DNA of 64,000 nt from Candidatus Thorarchaeota archaeon (GCA_048882385.1 JBHLRQ010000001.1:13340-77339); one strand, 5' to 3'. Shown: positions 18,060 through 28,517, numbered from the stretch's first letter. Made by a program: numbers and translations. The notes: generated by a model from the sequence alone, not told the origin.

Positions 18060-18233
18060 TGTGACGCATCTCAGCCTTTCTGGAACATGATTGTCATATC
18101 TAGTTTTGCTTGTTGTATCAGACTATGTCACAATGTTTTTATTAGACTCGTTAGTTGTCGGCGCGTTTCTGTGGCCAATGGCTATAGAGCAATTCATGAT
18201 TCTCTGGACTTCCAGTGTGAGTGTGATACTCAA

Positions 18234-18887
18234 ATGTCATCAAAAAGCAGACAAGCAGCAGCAAGGACCAAGGACAAATGGAGAGATAAAGTCTGGTATC
18301 AAATCCTTGCTCCGGATTATTTCGATAACAAGGAAATAGGCACTACTCCAGCGGGTAGTCCTGATCTGCTGATTGGTAGAACTGTTCAACCAACTCTTTA
18401 TGACCTGACTGGAGATTTTGACAAGATTCATGTCAAGCTTAAGTTCAAGATACTGGAAGTAACAGGAACACAGGCAAAGACTGTGTTCTATGGACATGAA
18501 TGGAGCTCGGACTATCTTAGAGGTCTAGTCAGGAGAGGAACATCCAGAATAGATTGGATTGGACCGATTCTAACAAAAGACGATTATTTGATGAGAATTT
18601 CAGTCATAGTGTTCACTAATACACGCTCAAAGACGAGTCAAGAACATGCTGTTAGAAAAGGCATTGAGAAGATTATTAGAAAACATGCCAAAAAACACAC
18701 TTTCGACGAGCTGGTTACAAAGGTCATTCTTGGCGATTTGGCGGGAGATGTCCACGAAGAGGTAAGGCAGATTATGCCTATCCGTGAGTGTGAGATTCGT
18801 AAGAGTAAGGTGCTCAAAGGTCCAGAAGAAGTGAAGATTCGAAGGGCTCGACTCAGAAGAGGATCAGCTACTGAGAAAGAAGCATAG
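18234..18887 (+). CDS. rps3ae: Ribosomal protein S3Ae (eS1)
   Basis: MSSKSRQAAARTKDKWRDKVWYQILAP...FYGHEWSSDYLRGLVRR is the S3Ae consensus. Start at ATG 18234; the upstream in-frame extension is not coding-like. Confidence 0.85.
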   Translation: MSSKSRQAAARTKDKWRDKVWYQILAPDYFDNKEIGTTPAGSPDLLIGRTVQPTLYDLTGDFDKIHVKLKFKILEVTGTQAKTVFYGHEWSSDYLRGLVRRGTSRIDWIGPILTKDDYLMRISVIVFTNTRSKTSQEHAVRKGIEKIIRKHAKKHTFDELVTKVILGDLAGDVHEEVRQIMPIRECEIRKSKVLKGPEEVKIRRARLRRGSATEKEA

Positions 18888-18888
18888 T

Positions 18889-19242
18889 CTACTTACTCAT
18901 ACTTTCTAGCTTATGTAGAGCTTGCAATAAAAGGACCATGAGATTAGCAAGCTTAGTAAGAGCTTCAGTATCAGTTTCTGCGTCTATGACCTCAGTGAGA
19001 GATTTGAGTTTGGTAATCAGTGTTTCTCGAAGCTCAGGAATCAATGTCTTCACGGCATGAGATTCCACTTCTTCGTCAGATTTTGCATAGACTATTCGTC
19101 TATCGCATTTTGCACAATATACATCATCCTTCACCTTGAAAAGAGGTGAACCGCATTGTGGGCAGGCATCAGCAAGCATTGTGGCTCCTTGGCGGAGAAG
19201 TTCAGCCATCTTTCTGACAGAGGAGTCGTTCTTATCACTCAT
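18889..19242 (-). CDS. Zn-ribbon protein of the UPF0148 / SSSCA1 (autoantigen p27) family
   Basis: MAELLRQGATMLADACPQCGSPLFKVKDDVYCAKCD matches the family signature. Confidence 0.6.
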   Translation of the reverse strand: MSDKNDSSVRKMAELLRQGATMLADACPQCGSPLFKVKDDVYCAKCDRRIVYAKSDEEVESHAVKTLIPELRETLITKLKSLTEVIDAETDTEALTKLANLMVLLLQALHKLESMSK

Positions 19243-19401
19243 TATCTACACACATTGATTGACTGTATGTTGTGATATAAGAGGAGCTGCATTACTCTCG
19301 ATGGTACTGGGGGAGGATAAATACTCGTCAGCTCATTAGGTCTGATGAAAACGTTGATATGGTTAATTCGATGAAAGTCAAATGTTGTTCGCACTCCGTT
19401 T

Positions 19402-19695
19402 GTGCGTCAAGACCATTCAGAGGTGAGTCCTTTGGACCCCGAAACACAGAAGAGCATAGACCAGTCTAAACACCTCCTAAAACAGATTTCGGAGGATTCC
19501 TCAGTTCCTAGGAACATAAGGCGTGCTGCTAACGAGGCAATTGCAGTTCTTGAAAATGAAACAGATTCTCCAGCAGTGAGAGCTCAGAACGCAATTTCAA
19601 TGTTGGATGAACCAAGTCAAGACCCAAATTGTCCGAACCATGCTCGGACCAAGATATGGCACGTGTCCAGCTTGCTGGAACCAATACGTGACTAG
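19402..19695 (+). CDS. small conserved archaeal protein (UPF0147-like)
   Basis: Helical about-95-aa protein with VPRNIRRAANEAIAVL; GTG start. Confidence 0.45.
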   Translation: MRQDHSEVSPLDPETQKSIDQSKHLLKQISEDSSVPRNIRRAANEAIAVLENETDSPAVRAQNAISMLDEPSQDPNCPNHARTKIWHVSSLLEPIRD

Positions 19696-19750
19696 CTCTG
19701 TTTGGTGCATAACTAAGAACCGTGACGCCAGTTAGCACTCTATAGAGTGA

Positions 19751-21238
19751 TTGATTGGCATTTATGGCCCGGGCCAGTGTTCGCTCATGATGAAGGCAAG
19801 GATAAGAGGAATCTATTCGCAGTCGTTGACGCAGATCATGCTGCAGAACCATTTCGAAATGGTTCAACCTACTCCAGAAGTGGCAAGAAGATTTGGTCTG
19901 CCCTATCGAAGTGAGATTCCTGATGTTGATATTTGGGATCGTAGTGACCTTCAAGGAATAGTGGCAATAGCATATGAATCAGTATTGACGCGTCTCAGTG
20001 ATGTTTTACGCAGGCGATTAGGAGGTGTTATTACAAGAACTCCAAGGGTAGCCAAGAGTTCTGTATATCGAGGCGTAGTTCTTGGAAAGGATGAAAGAAC
20101 AGGTCAAACCAAGGTGGATTTGGGTACTATCTCTGGGCTTCTTCCTGATAGGGGCTTTCAGAGAGGACAACAAATAATGGTACAGATCAGAGCTCATGAT
20201 TATGGAAGAAAGGCTCCAGTCCTCTCATCAAGCATAACTATTCCAGGACGAGCGGCAGTTCTTCTACCAGAACCAGTTGTCCGCTTAAGTACTAAAATCA
20301 AGAGTCAAGACTCAAGGAATAATCTTCTAGCTCTTGGGCGAAAGATTCGCGAACATACTGAGAATTGGGGCATACTCTGGAGAACTGCTGCTGAGAGACT
20401 CACAGAGGATGAACTGCGTAATGAAGTCGATGATCTTCTTGATACTGCACAGAAGGTCTACAACAAGTATAATGATCTTGACACTGCAGGTCTTCTTTTT
20501 GAAGGAACAAGTAATGCCGACATCGAATTTCCCCTAGGTGTCAAAGATGCCCTCGATAAAGAACGTGCCAAGATTAAACCCACAATTTCACGACACCATT
20601 TCTACAAGAGTGCGGGGTATGCTCCGCTTGTAGATCTTGCTGAGATGATAATTGAAGAGCGTCCAGAAGAACGTAGCTATATCACATCAAAGCTCGACAA
20701 GATTGTATCTCGTGACTTACCACGTGTTGACGAATCAATTAACATAGAACACGTTAAACTTGATGGTAGAAACATTGTGCTTGCAAGGGGTAGAATCACT
20801 GAAGTAAATTCCAAAGGATTCGTAATCAGAAGACAGTTCAGACATACAAACAGAAAACTCAAACTATCTCAAGACACTGCAGATGATGTTGATGTAATCA
20901 GTGATGAAGGGGATTTTGCATTGACTCAGGTTGTTCCTGGGGCTCTGACTTTAGTGACAAATTATTATTCACGTGACGGACAACTAAAAGGCACATACGT
21001 GAATGTAAATACAGGAGTTGAGGTCTATCCAAGTAATGGAAACAGCCCAGGAAGAATTCGCTATGTTGATTTAGAAATTGACGTGGTCAAAGCGCCAATT
21101 ACTGAGAAACCTCGAATAATTGACCAACACCTTTTGAAACGTGCTGTTCAGAGAGGTTTCATAACAAAAGAAATGGCTGATCAAGCTGGTTCTAGAGCCC
21201 AAACAATATGTGAAGAACTTGCTATGGTAGCGGACTAG
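19751..21238 (+). CDS. RNase E/G-like ribonuclease FAU-1 family
   Basis: Central segment ...GRKIREHTENWGILWRTAAE resembles the RNase E/G catalytic region GxIVRTAG. C-terminal DUF402-like YVDLEIDVV. Confidence 0.6.
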   Translation: MIGIYGPGQCSLMMKARIRGIYSQSLTQIMLQNHFEMVQPTPEVARRFGLPYRSEIPDVDIWDRSDLQGIVAIAYESVLTRLSDVLRRRLGGVITRTPRVAKSSVYRGVVLGKDERTGQTKVDLGTISGLLPDRGFQRGQQIMVQIRAHDYGRKAPVLSSSITIPGRAAVLLPEPVVRLSTKIKSQDSRNNLLALGRKIREHTENWGILWRTAAERLTEDELRNEVDDLLDTAQKVYNKYNDLDTAGLLFEGTSNADIEFPLGVKDALDKERAKIKPTISRHHFYKSAGYAPLVDLAEMIIEERPEERSYITSKLDKIVSRDLPRVDESINIEHVKLDGRNIVLARGRITEVNSKGFVIRRQFRHTNRKLKLSQDTADDVDVISDEGDFALTQVVPGALTLVTNYYSRDGQLKGTYVNVNTGVEVYPSNGNSPGRIRYVDLEIDVVKAPITEKPRIIDQHLLKRAVQRGFITKEMADQAGSRAQTICEELAMVAD

Positions 21239-21495
21239 TTCTCTTGTGCGTCTACAGATTTGGAAGTCCTCATTGAGAGGTCAATTGCACTCATCAAATC
21301 TTCCAATGTGGCACCGAGGCTATCTACACCGCGATCCGACTGAACTATAATTGTCAACAACTGATTGTGAACCGAGCACTTTATCTCTAAACCAGATGGC
21401 AAAGGGTAGTTGTCAGGAGATATGGCAGAAAGCGTTCTTCTTGCTACTTCTTCAGAATCGAACTCTAATTGAATATGTGCAATCATTATCCTCAC
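21235..21495 (-). CDS. pcc1: KEOPS subunit Pcc1
   Basis: About-85-aa protein (MIAHIQLEFDSEEVARRTLSAISPDN...LEDLMSAIDL) fitting the Pcc1 profile; sits in the KEOPS neighbourhood. Confidence 0.55.
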   Translation of the reverse strand: MRIMIAHIQLEFDSEEVARRTLSAISPDNYPLPSGLEIKCSVHNQLLTIIVQSDRGVDSLGATLEDLMSAIDLSMRTSKSVDAQEN

Positions 21496-22844
21496 TTCTT
21501 CCTCTCACTCAAATCCTTAATCAATTTGAGGACCTTCATTCTTTCTTCTGAACTCATTCCCTCAAATTTAACCGATTGTGTGGAGGTTGCTGTTGAGGTC
21601 AGTTTAAGATTCTCTACACTTTGCAGTATATGATTTGCATTGACATTTCTATAGGTCCAGATGATTACACTCGATTTCTCGTTACTAATCGCCAATGGAC
21701 GTTCAGGGTTTACAATCTCGTTCTGAAGAATAATCCGACCCACATCTGTTAGAAGCATATCTTGGGTACCTGACAGATCTACTATTGTACTGTCTTCACT
21801 TGAAGTTGCTTTCATTTTCGTTTCTAGTCTCTGTATTACTGAAATGACATCCTTACTGTGACTGAGGTAGGTGTCTATTGCTGTACGTAAAGCCCTGCCT
21901 CGATCCCCAATCCAAATACTCATTGCGGCACCCAATTCTTGACGAGCCCAAGCTGTGTCTGCGATTGCTTCAAGTCCTGAAAGATGTCTTAACGGACGAT
22001 TCTCATTCTCCCGGGTCAAAATGTAATCAGTTCCAAAGGTATAGGGAATTATGCCAGGTCCTACTTTCTCTAGTAGATGTGATGTTAGATGTTGTGTGAA
22101 GTGTTGGATTTCTGAATTGCTCAAAGAACTCATTGGAGACCGAAGTTTTGTGATAGGTATGTCGGCTTCGTTTAGAAATGCATCGCAGGCTTTCTGATTT
22201 CCACCAATACCTTGGATATATGGTCGAATGCTAAAGAGTAGTACTTCATCAATCGGTAGAAAACTGAAACCAAAGAGTCTGATTCCTCCTCGTTTTTCTA
22301 GAAGATTCTTGTCAATAGCTTGTTTGACAATTGCTTTGTGTGCTGTACTTGGTTTCTTTGGGGATGCATGGGATTTATTATAAATGAGTGTGGCTGATGC
22401 TGCTATTTGTAGGTCATAGTCACTCACAGTCAAGTGTTCCTGTGCAAGAATATAGGCAGATATGGGTACAGTATGTTCATCTCCGAGTGTTATTGAGTTC
22501 ACTTGTTCTGATTCCGAGGGTCCTCCTACAAAAACTGGATATCCCTTCCCTTTTCGAAGTTTCTTTGTTCCCACAGTTTCGATACCTACGAAAATAATTG
22601 ATGATGTAGCATGTTCGTTCCTAATTGCGTTGATTGAATCTATGCTCATGATTGGTTGTTCAAACGAAACATGGAATGTTCCACTAGATTTCATGATTGC
22701 TCTGCAGAGTAGTGCTGTTGCTAGCGTGGATTGAGGATTTGGAGCAGAAGCCAGAAGAACATGTTCACCACTCTGTAAAGAGATATTGTCACATTGACCT
22801 TTTAGTGTCCGAAGAGATGGAGAGCTACTTGTCTTCTTACTCAT
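21492..22844 (-). CDS. RecJ/Cdc45-like DHH-superfamily protein, catalytic motifs degenerate (likely non-nuclease GAN/Cdc45-type)
   Basis: DHH-domain architecture, but motif I HxDxDG is replaced by SAPNPQS, motif III is LGDEH instead of DHH, and the DHHA1 GGGH motif is replaced by GGNQ. Confidence 0.5.
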   Translation of the reverse strand: MSKKTSSSPSLRTLKGQCDNISLQSGEHVLLASAPNPQSTLATALLCRAIMKSSGTFHVSFEQPIMSIDSINAIRNEHATSSIIFVGIETVGTKKLRKGKGYPVFVGGPSESEQVNSITLGDEHTVPISAYILAQEHLTVSDYDLQIAASATLIYNKSHASPKKPSTAHKAIVKQAIDKNLLEKRGGIRLFGFSFLPIDEVLLFSIRPYIQGIGGNQKACDAFLNEADIPITKLRSPMSSLSNSEIQHFTQHLTSHLLEKVGPGIIPYTFGTDYILTRENENRPLRHLSGLEAIADTAWARQELGAAMSIWIGDRGRALRTAIDTYLSHSKDVISVIQRLETKMKATSSEDSTIVDLSGTQDMLLTDVGRIILQNEIVNPERPLAISNEKSSVIIWTYRNVNANHILQSVENLKLTSTATSTQSVKFEGMSSEERMKVLKLIKDLSERKK

Positions 22845-22877
22845 TTCATGAGAATGGTCAACTGGCCCATGATAAAA

Positions 22878-23339
22878 CTATCTCAAAAGAACCGCTGCTT
22901 GGTCAGGACTATACTTCCAATCAGCTGGGAGAACCTTCTTTTTGCGGTAATATTTAGAGAGTCTATGAATCTTGCTCTCTACAAGTTGTAGTCCACGTTT
23001 GGAAACGAAATCCTTCTTGTTTTCTTCAAGATGTTTCCGAATTGTGACAGCCTTGGCGATCATATTTCGAAGATCTTCTGGTACTCTTCTTTCCAAGTCG
23101 TTTTCACGAAGAATGTCCATTATGCGTTTATTGGTAATCATTCTGACGAGAGGAACACCATACTGATCTCTGAGAATCTTACCAATCATAGAGGGCGTAT
23201 TTCCAGCTTTGGCAAGTTCAATTACCTTATCTTCTACCCACTGCGCATTCTTTTCCTTTTCTATCCAATCAGGAATTCGTAGTGTGGAAGGTCGCTTACT
23301 TCCTGATTGGCCTTTGCGCCTTGTGTGCATTCTTGCCAT
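22878..23339 (-). CDS. rps15: Ribosomal protein S15 (uS15)
   Basis: MARMHTRRKGQSGSKRP... is the archaeal S15 / S13e consensus. Confidence 0.9.
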   Translation of the reverse strand: MARMHTRRKGQSGSKRPSTLRIPDWIEKEKNAQWVEDKVIELAKAGNTPSMIGKILRDQYGVPLVRMITNKRIMDILRENDLERRVPEDLRNMIAKAVTIRKHLEENKKDFVSKRGLQLVESKIHRLSKYYRKKKVLPADWKYSPDQAAVLLR

Positions 23340-23444
23340 TGGGAATACCTCTAGGTCAATTCATACCCTCAGAAACCGGGTCTGCCCCATGGCCCTAGGC
23401 TGTGGATATAAAGATTGCCTTGTGGCGAGTCGTATCCATAGTAA

Positions 23445-24086
23445 CTAATGGTATCTTCCACGATCGCGAATTTCCTTCATTCGTGACAATATTGGTTCTG
23501 CTGAGTCGCCTTGGATATCTATGTATCCCTCAAGAACCGCTTCCAACATAGTTTCTTGAATATCCCAGTGCGTCGTTTCTAAGGCCCTCTTAATGAGATG
23601 GAGGTCAACACCTTTAGTTTCGAGTGTGGCATTCATCTCAGAGAGACCAAAATCAACGAGCCATAACTTATCATTTTCATCTACAATGACATTGCTTGTT
23701 GTTGGGTCTCCATGAGCAATATTCCCACCATGAAGTAAAGCGATAAGTTGACCAAAGTCGTGACAGAGAGCTACAAGCTTTGATTTGGATAGGTTTCCTG
23801 CAAGTTGTTTGAATTGGATTCCATCAATGAAATCCATCATAATTGTGTAATTACACAAGTCTATTGCATGAACTGCGGGAGTACGTACTCCAAGGGTCCT
23901 TGAAATTGTCAGCATCTTGCATTCTCTATTGATACGAGCTCTCCTAAGTTGAGAGTCTATTTCAAACAAGAGATAGGGTTTACTTTGACGCCACTTTAGA
24001 ACATATGGTCTTCCCCATCGCTCTATCTTGTAAATGATAGACTCTGCACCTCTGGCAATCATCTGTTTCACTGAGATTGCCTCCAT
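23445..24086 (-). CDS. bud32: KEOPS Bud32 kinase / ATPase
   Basis: RIO-like small kinase (GAESIIYK, HGDPTTSN, VDFGLS); overlaps the 3' end of kae1 by 19 nt. Confidence 0.8.
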   Translation of the reverse strand: MEAISVKQMIARGAESIIYKIERWGRPYVLKWRQSKPYLLFEIDSQLRRARINRECKMLTISRTLGVRTPAVHAIDLCNYTIMMDFIDGIQFKQLAGNLSKSKLVALCHDFGQLIALLHGGNIAHGDPTTSNVIVDENDKLWLVDFGLSEMNATLETKGVDLHLIKRALETTHWDIQETMLEAVLEGYIDIQGDSAEPILSRMKEIRDRGRYH

Positions 24087-25063
24087 AGGATATCTTGGTC
24101 ATCAGTTCTCCATTTTGGTAGAACATGAGAGTCTTGAATACTAACTTGGTGACCAGTGTTGTACTGGAGAATTCCATTCCATGCAATCATAGCCCCTTGA
24201 TCACCAGCCAGAGATGGTGAAACGCGGTGAAATTGAGTCTCATGTCGATCGGATACACCAGTAAGAATCTCGGCCAGACGATCATTACGAGCGACTCCAC
24301 CCGTCAAGAGAATCTCGTTCTTCTTTGTGTGTGCAAGAGCTCTTTCTGCAATCTCTGCAATCATACCAAAAGCTGTTTCTTGAACACTAAAACAAATGTC
24401 CGGAATAGATACGTTTTCAGAATGAAGCCGCTTGGCTGCAGTCAGCATCCCAGAATAGCTAAGGTCCATTCCTTTTACTGAGTAGGGTAGACTATGGAAG
24501 TTCTCACCTTCCTTGGCCAAGGTTTCAATAATCGGTCCAGCTGGAAATCCCATTCCAAGTTCACGACCAAGGACATCTAGCATGTTGCCAATTGCTATGT
24601 CAAGGGTTTCACCAAATGTTCTGAATCGTCCACCAGCGAACGCAATCACTTGTGTATTCCCGCCGGATACATATACGGTTACCGGGTCCTCGAATCCGGA
24701 CTCCAAGCATCCAATCTCTATGTGGGCTACACAGTGATTCACATCTACTAAAGGAATCTTGAGTTTTAGAGCCAATGTTCGCGCAATTGTCGCGGTGGTT
24801 CTCAAACTTGGACCCAATCCAGGACCCCTTGAAAAAGCAATGATATCAATGTCTTGAAATCCAATACCAGCATTATGGATCGCTTTGTTGATTATTGTGG
24901 GTCCTAGTTCTGAATGATGTCTACTTGCTTCACGGGGATGAATACCACCCTGTTCAGGCTGGAGCATATCCCATTCGTTTGAAAGGACCTTACCCTCACT
25001 GGTAACTATACCAGCACCAAACGAATGTGCAGTTCCTTCTATTCCTAAACAGATTATTGTCAT
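24068..25063 (-). CDS. kae1: Kae1 tRNA t6A threonylcarbamoyltransferase (KEOPS catalytic subunit)
   Basis: MTIICLGIEGTAHSFGAGIV... matches the Kae1/TsaD ASKHA fold, with the His-His metal site (HCVAH). Confidence 0.9.
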   Translation of the reverse strand: MTIICLGIEGTAHSFGAGIVTSEGKVLSNEWDMLQPEQGGIHPREASRHHSELGPTIINKAIHNAGIGFQDIDIIAFSRGPGLGPSLRTTATIARTLALKLKIPLVDVNHCVAHIEIGCLESGFEDPVTVYVSGGNTQVIAFAGGRFRTFGETLDIAIGNMLDVLGRELGMGFPAGPIIETLAKEGENFHSLPYSVKGMDLSYSGMLTAAKRLHSENVSIPDICFSVQETAFGMIAEIAERALAHTKKNEILLTGGVARNDRLAEILTGVSDRHETQFHRVSPSLAGDQGAMIAWNGILQYNTGHQVSIQDSHVLPKWRTDDQDILWRQSQ

Positions 25064-25162
25064 CTTTTGATAACCTGAACCGTTTGTCTTGATTGGTAGT
25101 GAAATACAAAGACCAGTTGACTCTTACGCTTTGTCTTGTAGCATAATCATGTAGCAAAGGCT

Positions 25163-25170
25163 TTATAATG
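25163..25170 (+). promoter_or_regulatory. BRE/TATA-like promoter element for the Sm-like gene
   Basis: AAAGGCTTTATAAT lies about 35-45 nt upstream of the start codon. Confidence 0.3.
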
Positions 25171-25204
25171 CACTCAGACGGCCCCTTTTGAGAGGTGTCC
25201 CATT

Positions 25205-25432
25205 GTGACAGAGAAGATGCCAATAAAAGCTCTTGAGCTGCAACTTAATGATATTGTTTCAGTGAAATTGAAGGATCAGAGAATTTTCAGAGGACGCCTA
25301 ACTCGATGTGACATGTACATGAATCTCACTATAGCTGACGCTGAAGAGCTTGAGGAAGACACTACCAGAGCAAAGTATGGACAAGTCCTGATTCGCGGAA
25401 ACAACATCCTTTGGATTCAAATTCCTAAATAA
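25205..25432 (+). CDS. Sm-like (LSm / SmAP) RNA-binding protein
   Basis: Sm1 motif VSVKLKDQRIFRGRLTRCDMYMNLTIADA and Sm2 motif LIRGNNILWI. Start is GTG 25205 or ATG 25217. Confidence 0.85.
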   Translation: MTEKMPIKALELQLNDIVSVKLKDQRIFRGRLTRCDMYMNLTIADAEELEEDTTRAKYGQVLIRGNNILWIQIPK

Positions 25433-25443
25433 TGAGTTGTCAA

Positions 25444-27480
25444 CTAACGCTCAATCTCATGGCGATAGCGTTCAATCAACTCAATTAGTTGCTCTTCACC
25501 TTTCCGCCGTGCTTGTTCACGAACATTCTTGATGAATATCTGAAGCTGCTGTTCGAATTTTCCCCTGCTTATGAATGCAAATTCATCCACACGTTGGAGT
25601 TCTACTTGGTTTGCATCAATCACTGGAATTAATGCCTTGACAAGTTCATCTCTTGGAAGATGTGATAATGCAGTATCGACAACAACAGCCCGAACTTCGT
25701 GATCAATCAGGATTCCTGCTGTCTGTGGACCTCCTCCTGATGCATCTTCAAAGAGAACAATATCATTACTCTTCAGACCCACCTTTTTGATATACTCTTC
25801 AATACTCTCGCGAGTAAATTGAGGAATTACCTTTACTGCAAGCATATCGCCTCGCATTTCAAGACGCTTTACTCCCTTAAGACGTTCAAGATGCTTGCTC
25901 AGATTTTCGACCTGTTTTCTGAGTGAGGCTACTTCCTGTTGAGACTTAGTTAGCGCAGATTGGGTCTTTGCAACTTCACGGTCGCGTTTGACCTTCCAGT
26001 AGTTCTCATTGTTGATTAGCTCAAGGCTGTCGGAGAGCTCGCTCTCTCGGAATTTCAGATACTCTACATATCGTTTGAGATCATCAATCTCATCGTGAAG
26101 TATCCGGTTTTCATTGTACATGTGTTCAGCCTTTGCCTGAAGTGAGTCATACTTTTCTTGTGTTAGCGGTTCTTCTTGTTCAGGGAGCTGTTCAGGCACA
26201 CTCTCGACGACCTCTGCAGATTCTCGTTCAATTTGGGCTAGTGCTTCATTGATTGATGTTCCTTTGATTACTAGAGCTTTGAGATAGTTACGGTCTAATG
26301 GGATCTGCTGTTCACGTACAATTTTGTCAATCTGTTGGAGTTTGGGAAGAATAGACCTGTAGGCATAGACTGCAGCAGTCAGAGCATCGCGCTCGTGAGC
26401 ATTACGAGTCCTTTTATCGGATGTATACTCTCTAGCTAATTCTTGTTTGTCAGCCACAGCAATAGGTTTCTTGGGTGTATAGATAGGAGCGTTTACTGTA
26501 CTGGCAATCTTTTCTATGAAGTGAGGTGCTTGGGGAACATCTGAAGCTACAAGAGCAGGAATCCCATTTTCGTATACTTCTCTGATTAGGTCTGCTCGCG
26601 TCAGTCCCTTCCTACTTCTCAATACTCGTACTCTGCCATCTAAGGTCAATAAGCAATATGCTGCAGTTGTTCCTGGGTCAATACCTAAGATGAAATATTT
26701 GGGTTTGATTTGTGTAACACGGCGAGGTTCAAGAGGGATGAACTCTACGCGTTTCCTGACTGGCGATATGAGGATATTAAAATCTCCTCCTCGTTTTGCT
26801 TGTATCAAACTTTTGATGACTGGAAGAGGAGCATAGGTAATTAGTCGTGCACTAGCATAACCAAAATCAGACGAACGGACATCAATATCATAATCGATTC
26901 CGGCATCTTTAACCTCTGATTCAATGAAGCGAGTCATTTGCTGAATCTGAGAATGAACTCTGCGTCTGTATCTATTAGCGCTCTGTCCACCACGTCCAGG
27001 TTTGCGACCTCTAGTCACTTTAATTTCAGTCTGTTCACTGAAACATTCCAAAGAGTGTCCAACACCCCTTGCAGTCAGTAGTGCAGAAATTCGGGCAGAC
27101 TCTAGGGGATTAGGTTTGCCTCGTACTAGGAAACCATGCCGTTTGGCCAATATCTTGAGGGGTGTTTGGTGAGGAGGGACTCCTGTGACCTGCACAATCC
27201 GAGTTTCTGGAGGAATTCTGTTCGCGAGATGAAAGAGCGATTTCGTATCAGGTACTATCTCAAAGATGTTATCTGTTGCGAGCCATTTGGGTTTGATTTC
27301 ACGAACCAGTTTCAGAAGTGCACCTCGCGAAATCTCGAGATACTCGTTCAGAACAATCTCGTCCCTTGTTACGACGCATGAGAACTTTGGAGCTCTCTTA
27401 GAACTGGCACTATGTGAAGGAAGAATGTCAAATCCTACAATGAAAACGCATTCGTCCTCTTCACCCATAAGTCTCAGCAC
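25444..27480 (-). CDS. COG2433/DUF460-type protein: RNase H-like (YqgF/RuvC-fold) domain plus long coiled coil
   Basis: GIDPGTTAAYCLL is a RuvC/YqgF-like motif; the C-terminal ~200 aa are heptad-rich. Confidence 0.55.
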   Translation of the reverse strand: MLRLMGEEDECVFIVGFDILPSHSASSKRAPKFSCVVTRDEIVLNEYLEISRGALLKLVREIKPKWLATDNIFEIVPDTKSLFHLANRIPPETRIVQVTGVPPHQTPLKILAKRHGFLVRGKPNPLESARISALLTARGVGHSLECFSEQTEIKVTRGRKPGRGGQSANRYRRRVHSQIQQMTRFIESEVKDAGIDYDIDVRSSDFGYASARLITYAPLPVIKSLIQAKRGGDFNILISPVRKRVEFIPLEPRRVTQIKPKYFILGIDPGTTAAYCLLTLDGRVRVLRSRKGLTRADLIREVYENGIPALVASDVPQAPHFIEKIASTVNAPIYTPKKPIAVADKQELAREYTSDKRTRNAHERDALTAAVYAYRSILPKLQQIDKIVREQQIPLDRNYLKALVIKGTSINEALAQIERESAEVVESVPEQLPEQEEPLTQEKYDSLQAKAEHMYNENRILHDEIDDLKRYVEYLKFRESELSDSLELINNENYWKVKRDREVAKTQSALTKSQQEVASLRKQVENLSKHLERLKGVKRLEMRGDMLAVKVIPQFTRESIEEYIKKVGLKSNDIVLFEDASGGGPQTAGILIDHEVRAVVVDTALSHLPRDELVKALIPVIDANQVELQRVDEFAFISRGKFEQQLQIFIKNVREQARRKGEEQLIELIERYRHEIER

Positions 27481-27585
27481 TCATTCATAATGACACGAGA
27501 GGACCTATGAACCTATTTGTAGATTCAATTTCGTACAAATCATGAATTCCAGATTCCCCAAACAACAAGTATAATAAAGCCATGC

Positions 27586-27903
27586 TTGAGCAATCAGATA
27601 ATACACATTCGAGGTGTAACATTGTCCGAAACACTAGAGATTAACAATGACGACGCCGTACTACGTATTGGACGCGCTCTTTCATCAGGAACTCGACTAA
27701 AAATACTCAAACTTCTGCTTCAAGGAGAGAAGGATGTAACACGAGTGGCACGACACCTCGGCGGAACTGAAGCCAACGCCAGCGCCCAGATTAAGATTCT
27801 TTTTGATTCAGGCTTGCTTGAATGTAGATACGAACCAGGTCAGCATGGTCTCAAAAAAATCTCAAAAACTAAAGTAAAGCGAATCATTATTGATTTGGAA
27901 TAG
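27586..27903 (+). CDS. ArsR-type wHTH transcriptional regulator
   Basis: RLKILKLLLQGEKDVTRVARHLGGTEANASAQIKIL. Confidence 0.6.
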   Translation: MSNQIIHIRGVTLSETLEINNDDAVLRIGRALSSGTRLKILKLLLQGEKDVTRVARHLGGTEANASAQIKILFDSGLLECRYEPGQHGLKKISKTKVKRIIIDLE

Positions 27904-27908
27904 ACAAA

Positions 27909-28517
27909 TCAGTCGACTGGAGAGCTAGATTGGACAGCAAGATGTGCTTTCCAGCGACGGATTCTTTTTAGAATATTATCTCGTTCATCTGGACGGATTG
28001 CCTTTTTTCCTCTTGCCTTGAGAAAGTTTAAGACTATGTCTATGTCTCTAGCGACTTTTCCAGTTTCAGAGGATTCATCAATCAGATATTCCCTTGCAGA
28101 CTGTAGGTATTCGTAGATTATCTCAGCTGGAGCTTCGCCAGTACGAAGTTCATGAGAGATAGGATCGAGAACACGATTCACCTTTGCACTAGTTGCTGTA
28201 TGTATTACATCTGATTCTTCGACAACATTTGGTGGTTCATCACTTATCGAAGACTGTGTTGGTTCGTCTTCTTCTTGGGAGGATTCAACAATTATAGGTG
28301 AGATATCGATATCATCTGGTTCTGCGGTTTCTGAAGAAGTAGTCTTTACTTCAGAGAAGAGAGGTAGAACTGCGGGGATTGCTGATGTTTCTGATGCGTT
28401 TTCAGAAACCAGATTCAGACGGGTTCTCAACTCACGAAGTTGATCAAAAAGCTCAACGAGTCCTGATTGCATAGAATCTATGAGTTGTTTGATTTCATTC
28501 AATTCATCGTCTGACAT
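27909..28517 (-). CDS. hypothetical acidic protein, last gene of the pyrG-nurA-herA operon
   Basis: 202 aa with a D/E/S-rich disordered middle and a basic C-terminus; 82-nt gap after herA. Confidence 0.4.
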   Translation of the reverse strand: MSDDELNEIKQLIDSMQSGLVELFDQLRELRTRLNLVSENASETSAIPAVLPLFSEVKTTSSETAEPDDIDISPIIVESSQEEDEPTQSSISDEPPNVVEESDVIHTATSAKVNRVLDPISHELRTGEAPAEIIYEYLQSAREYLIDESSETGKVARDIDIVLNFLKARGKKAIRPDERDNILKRIRRWKAHLAVQSSSPVD

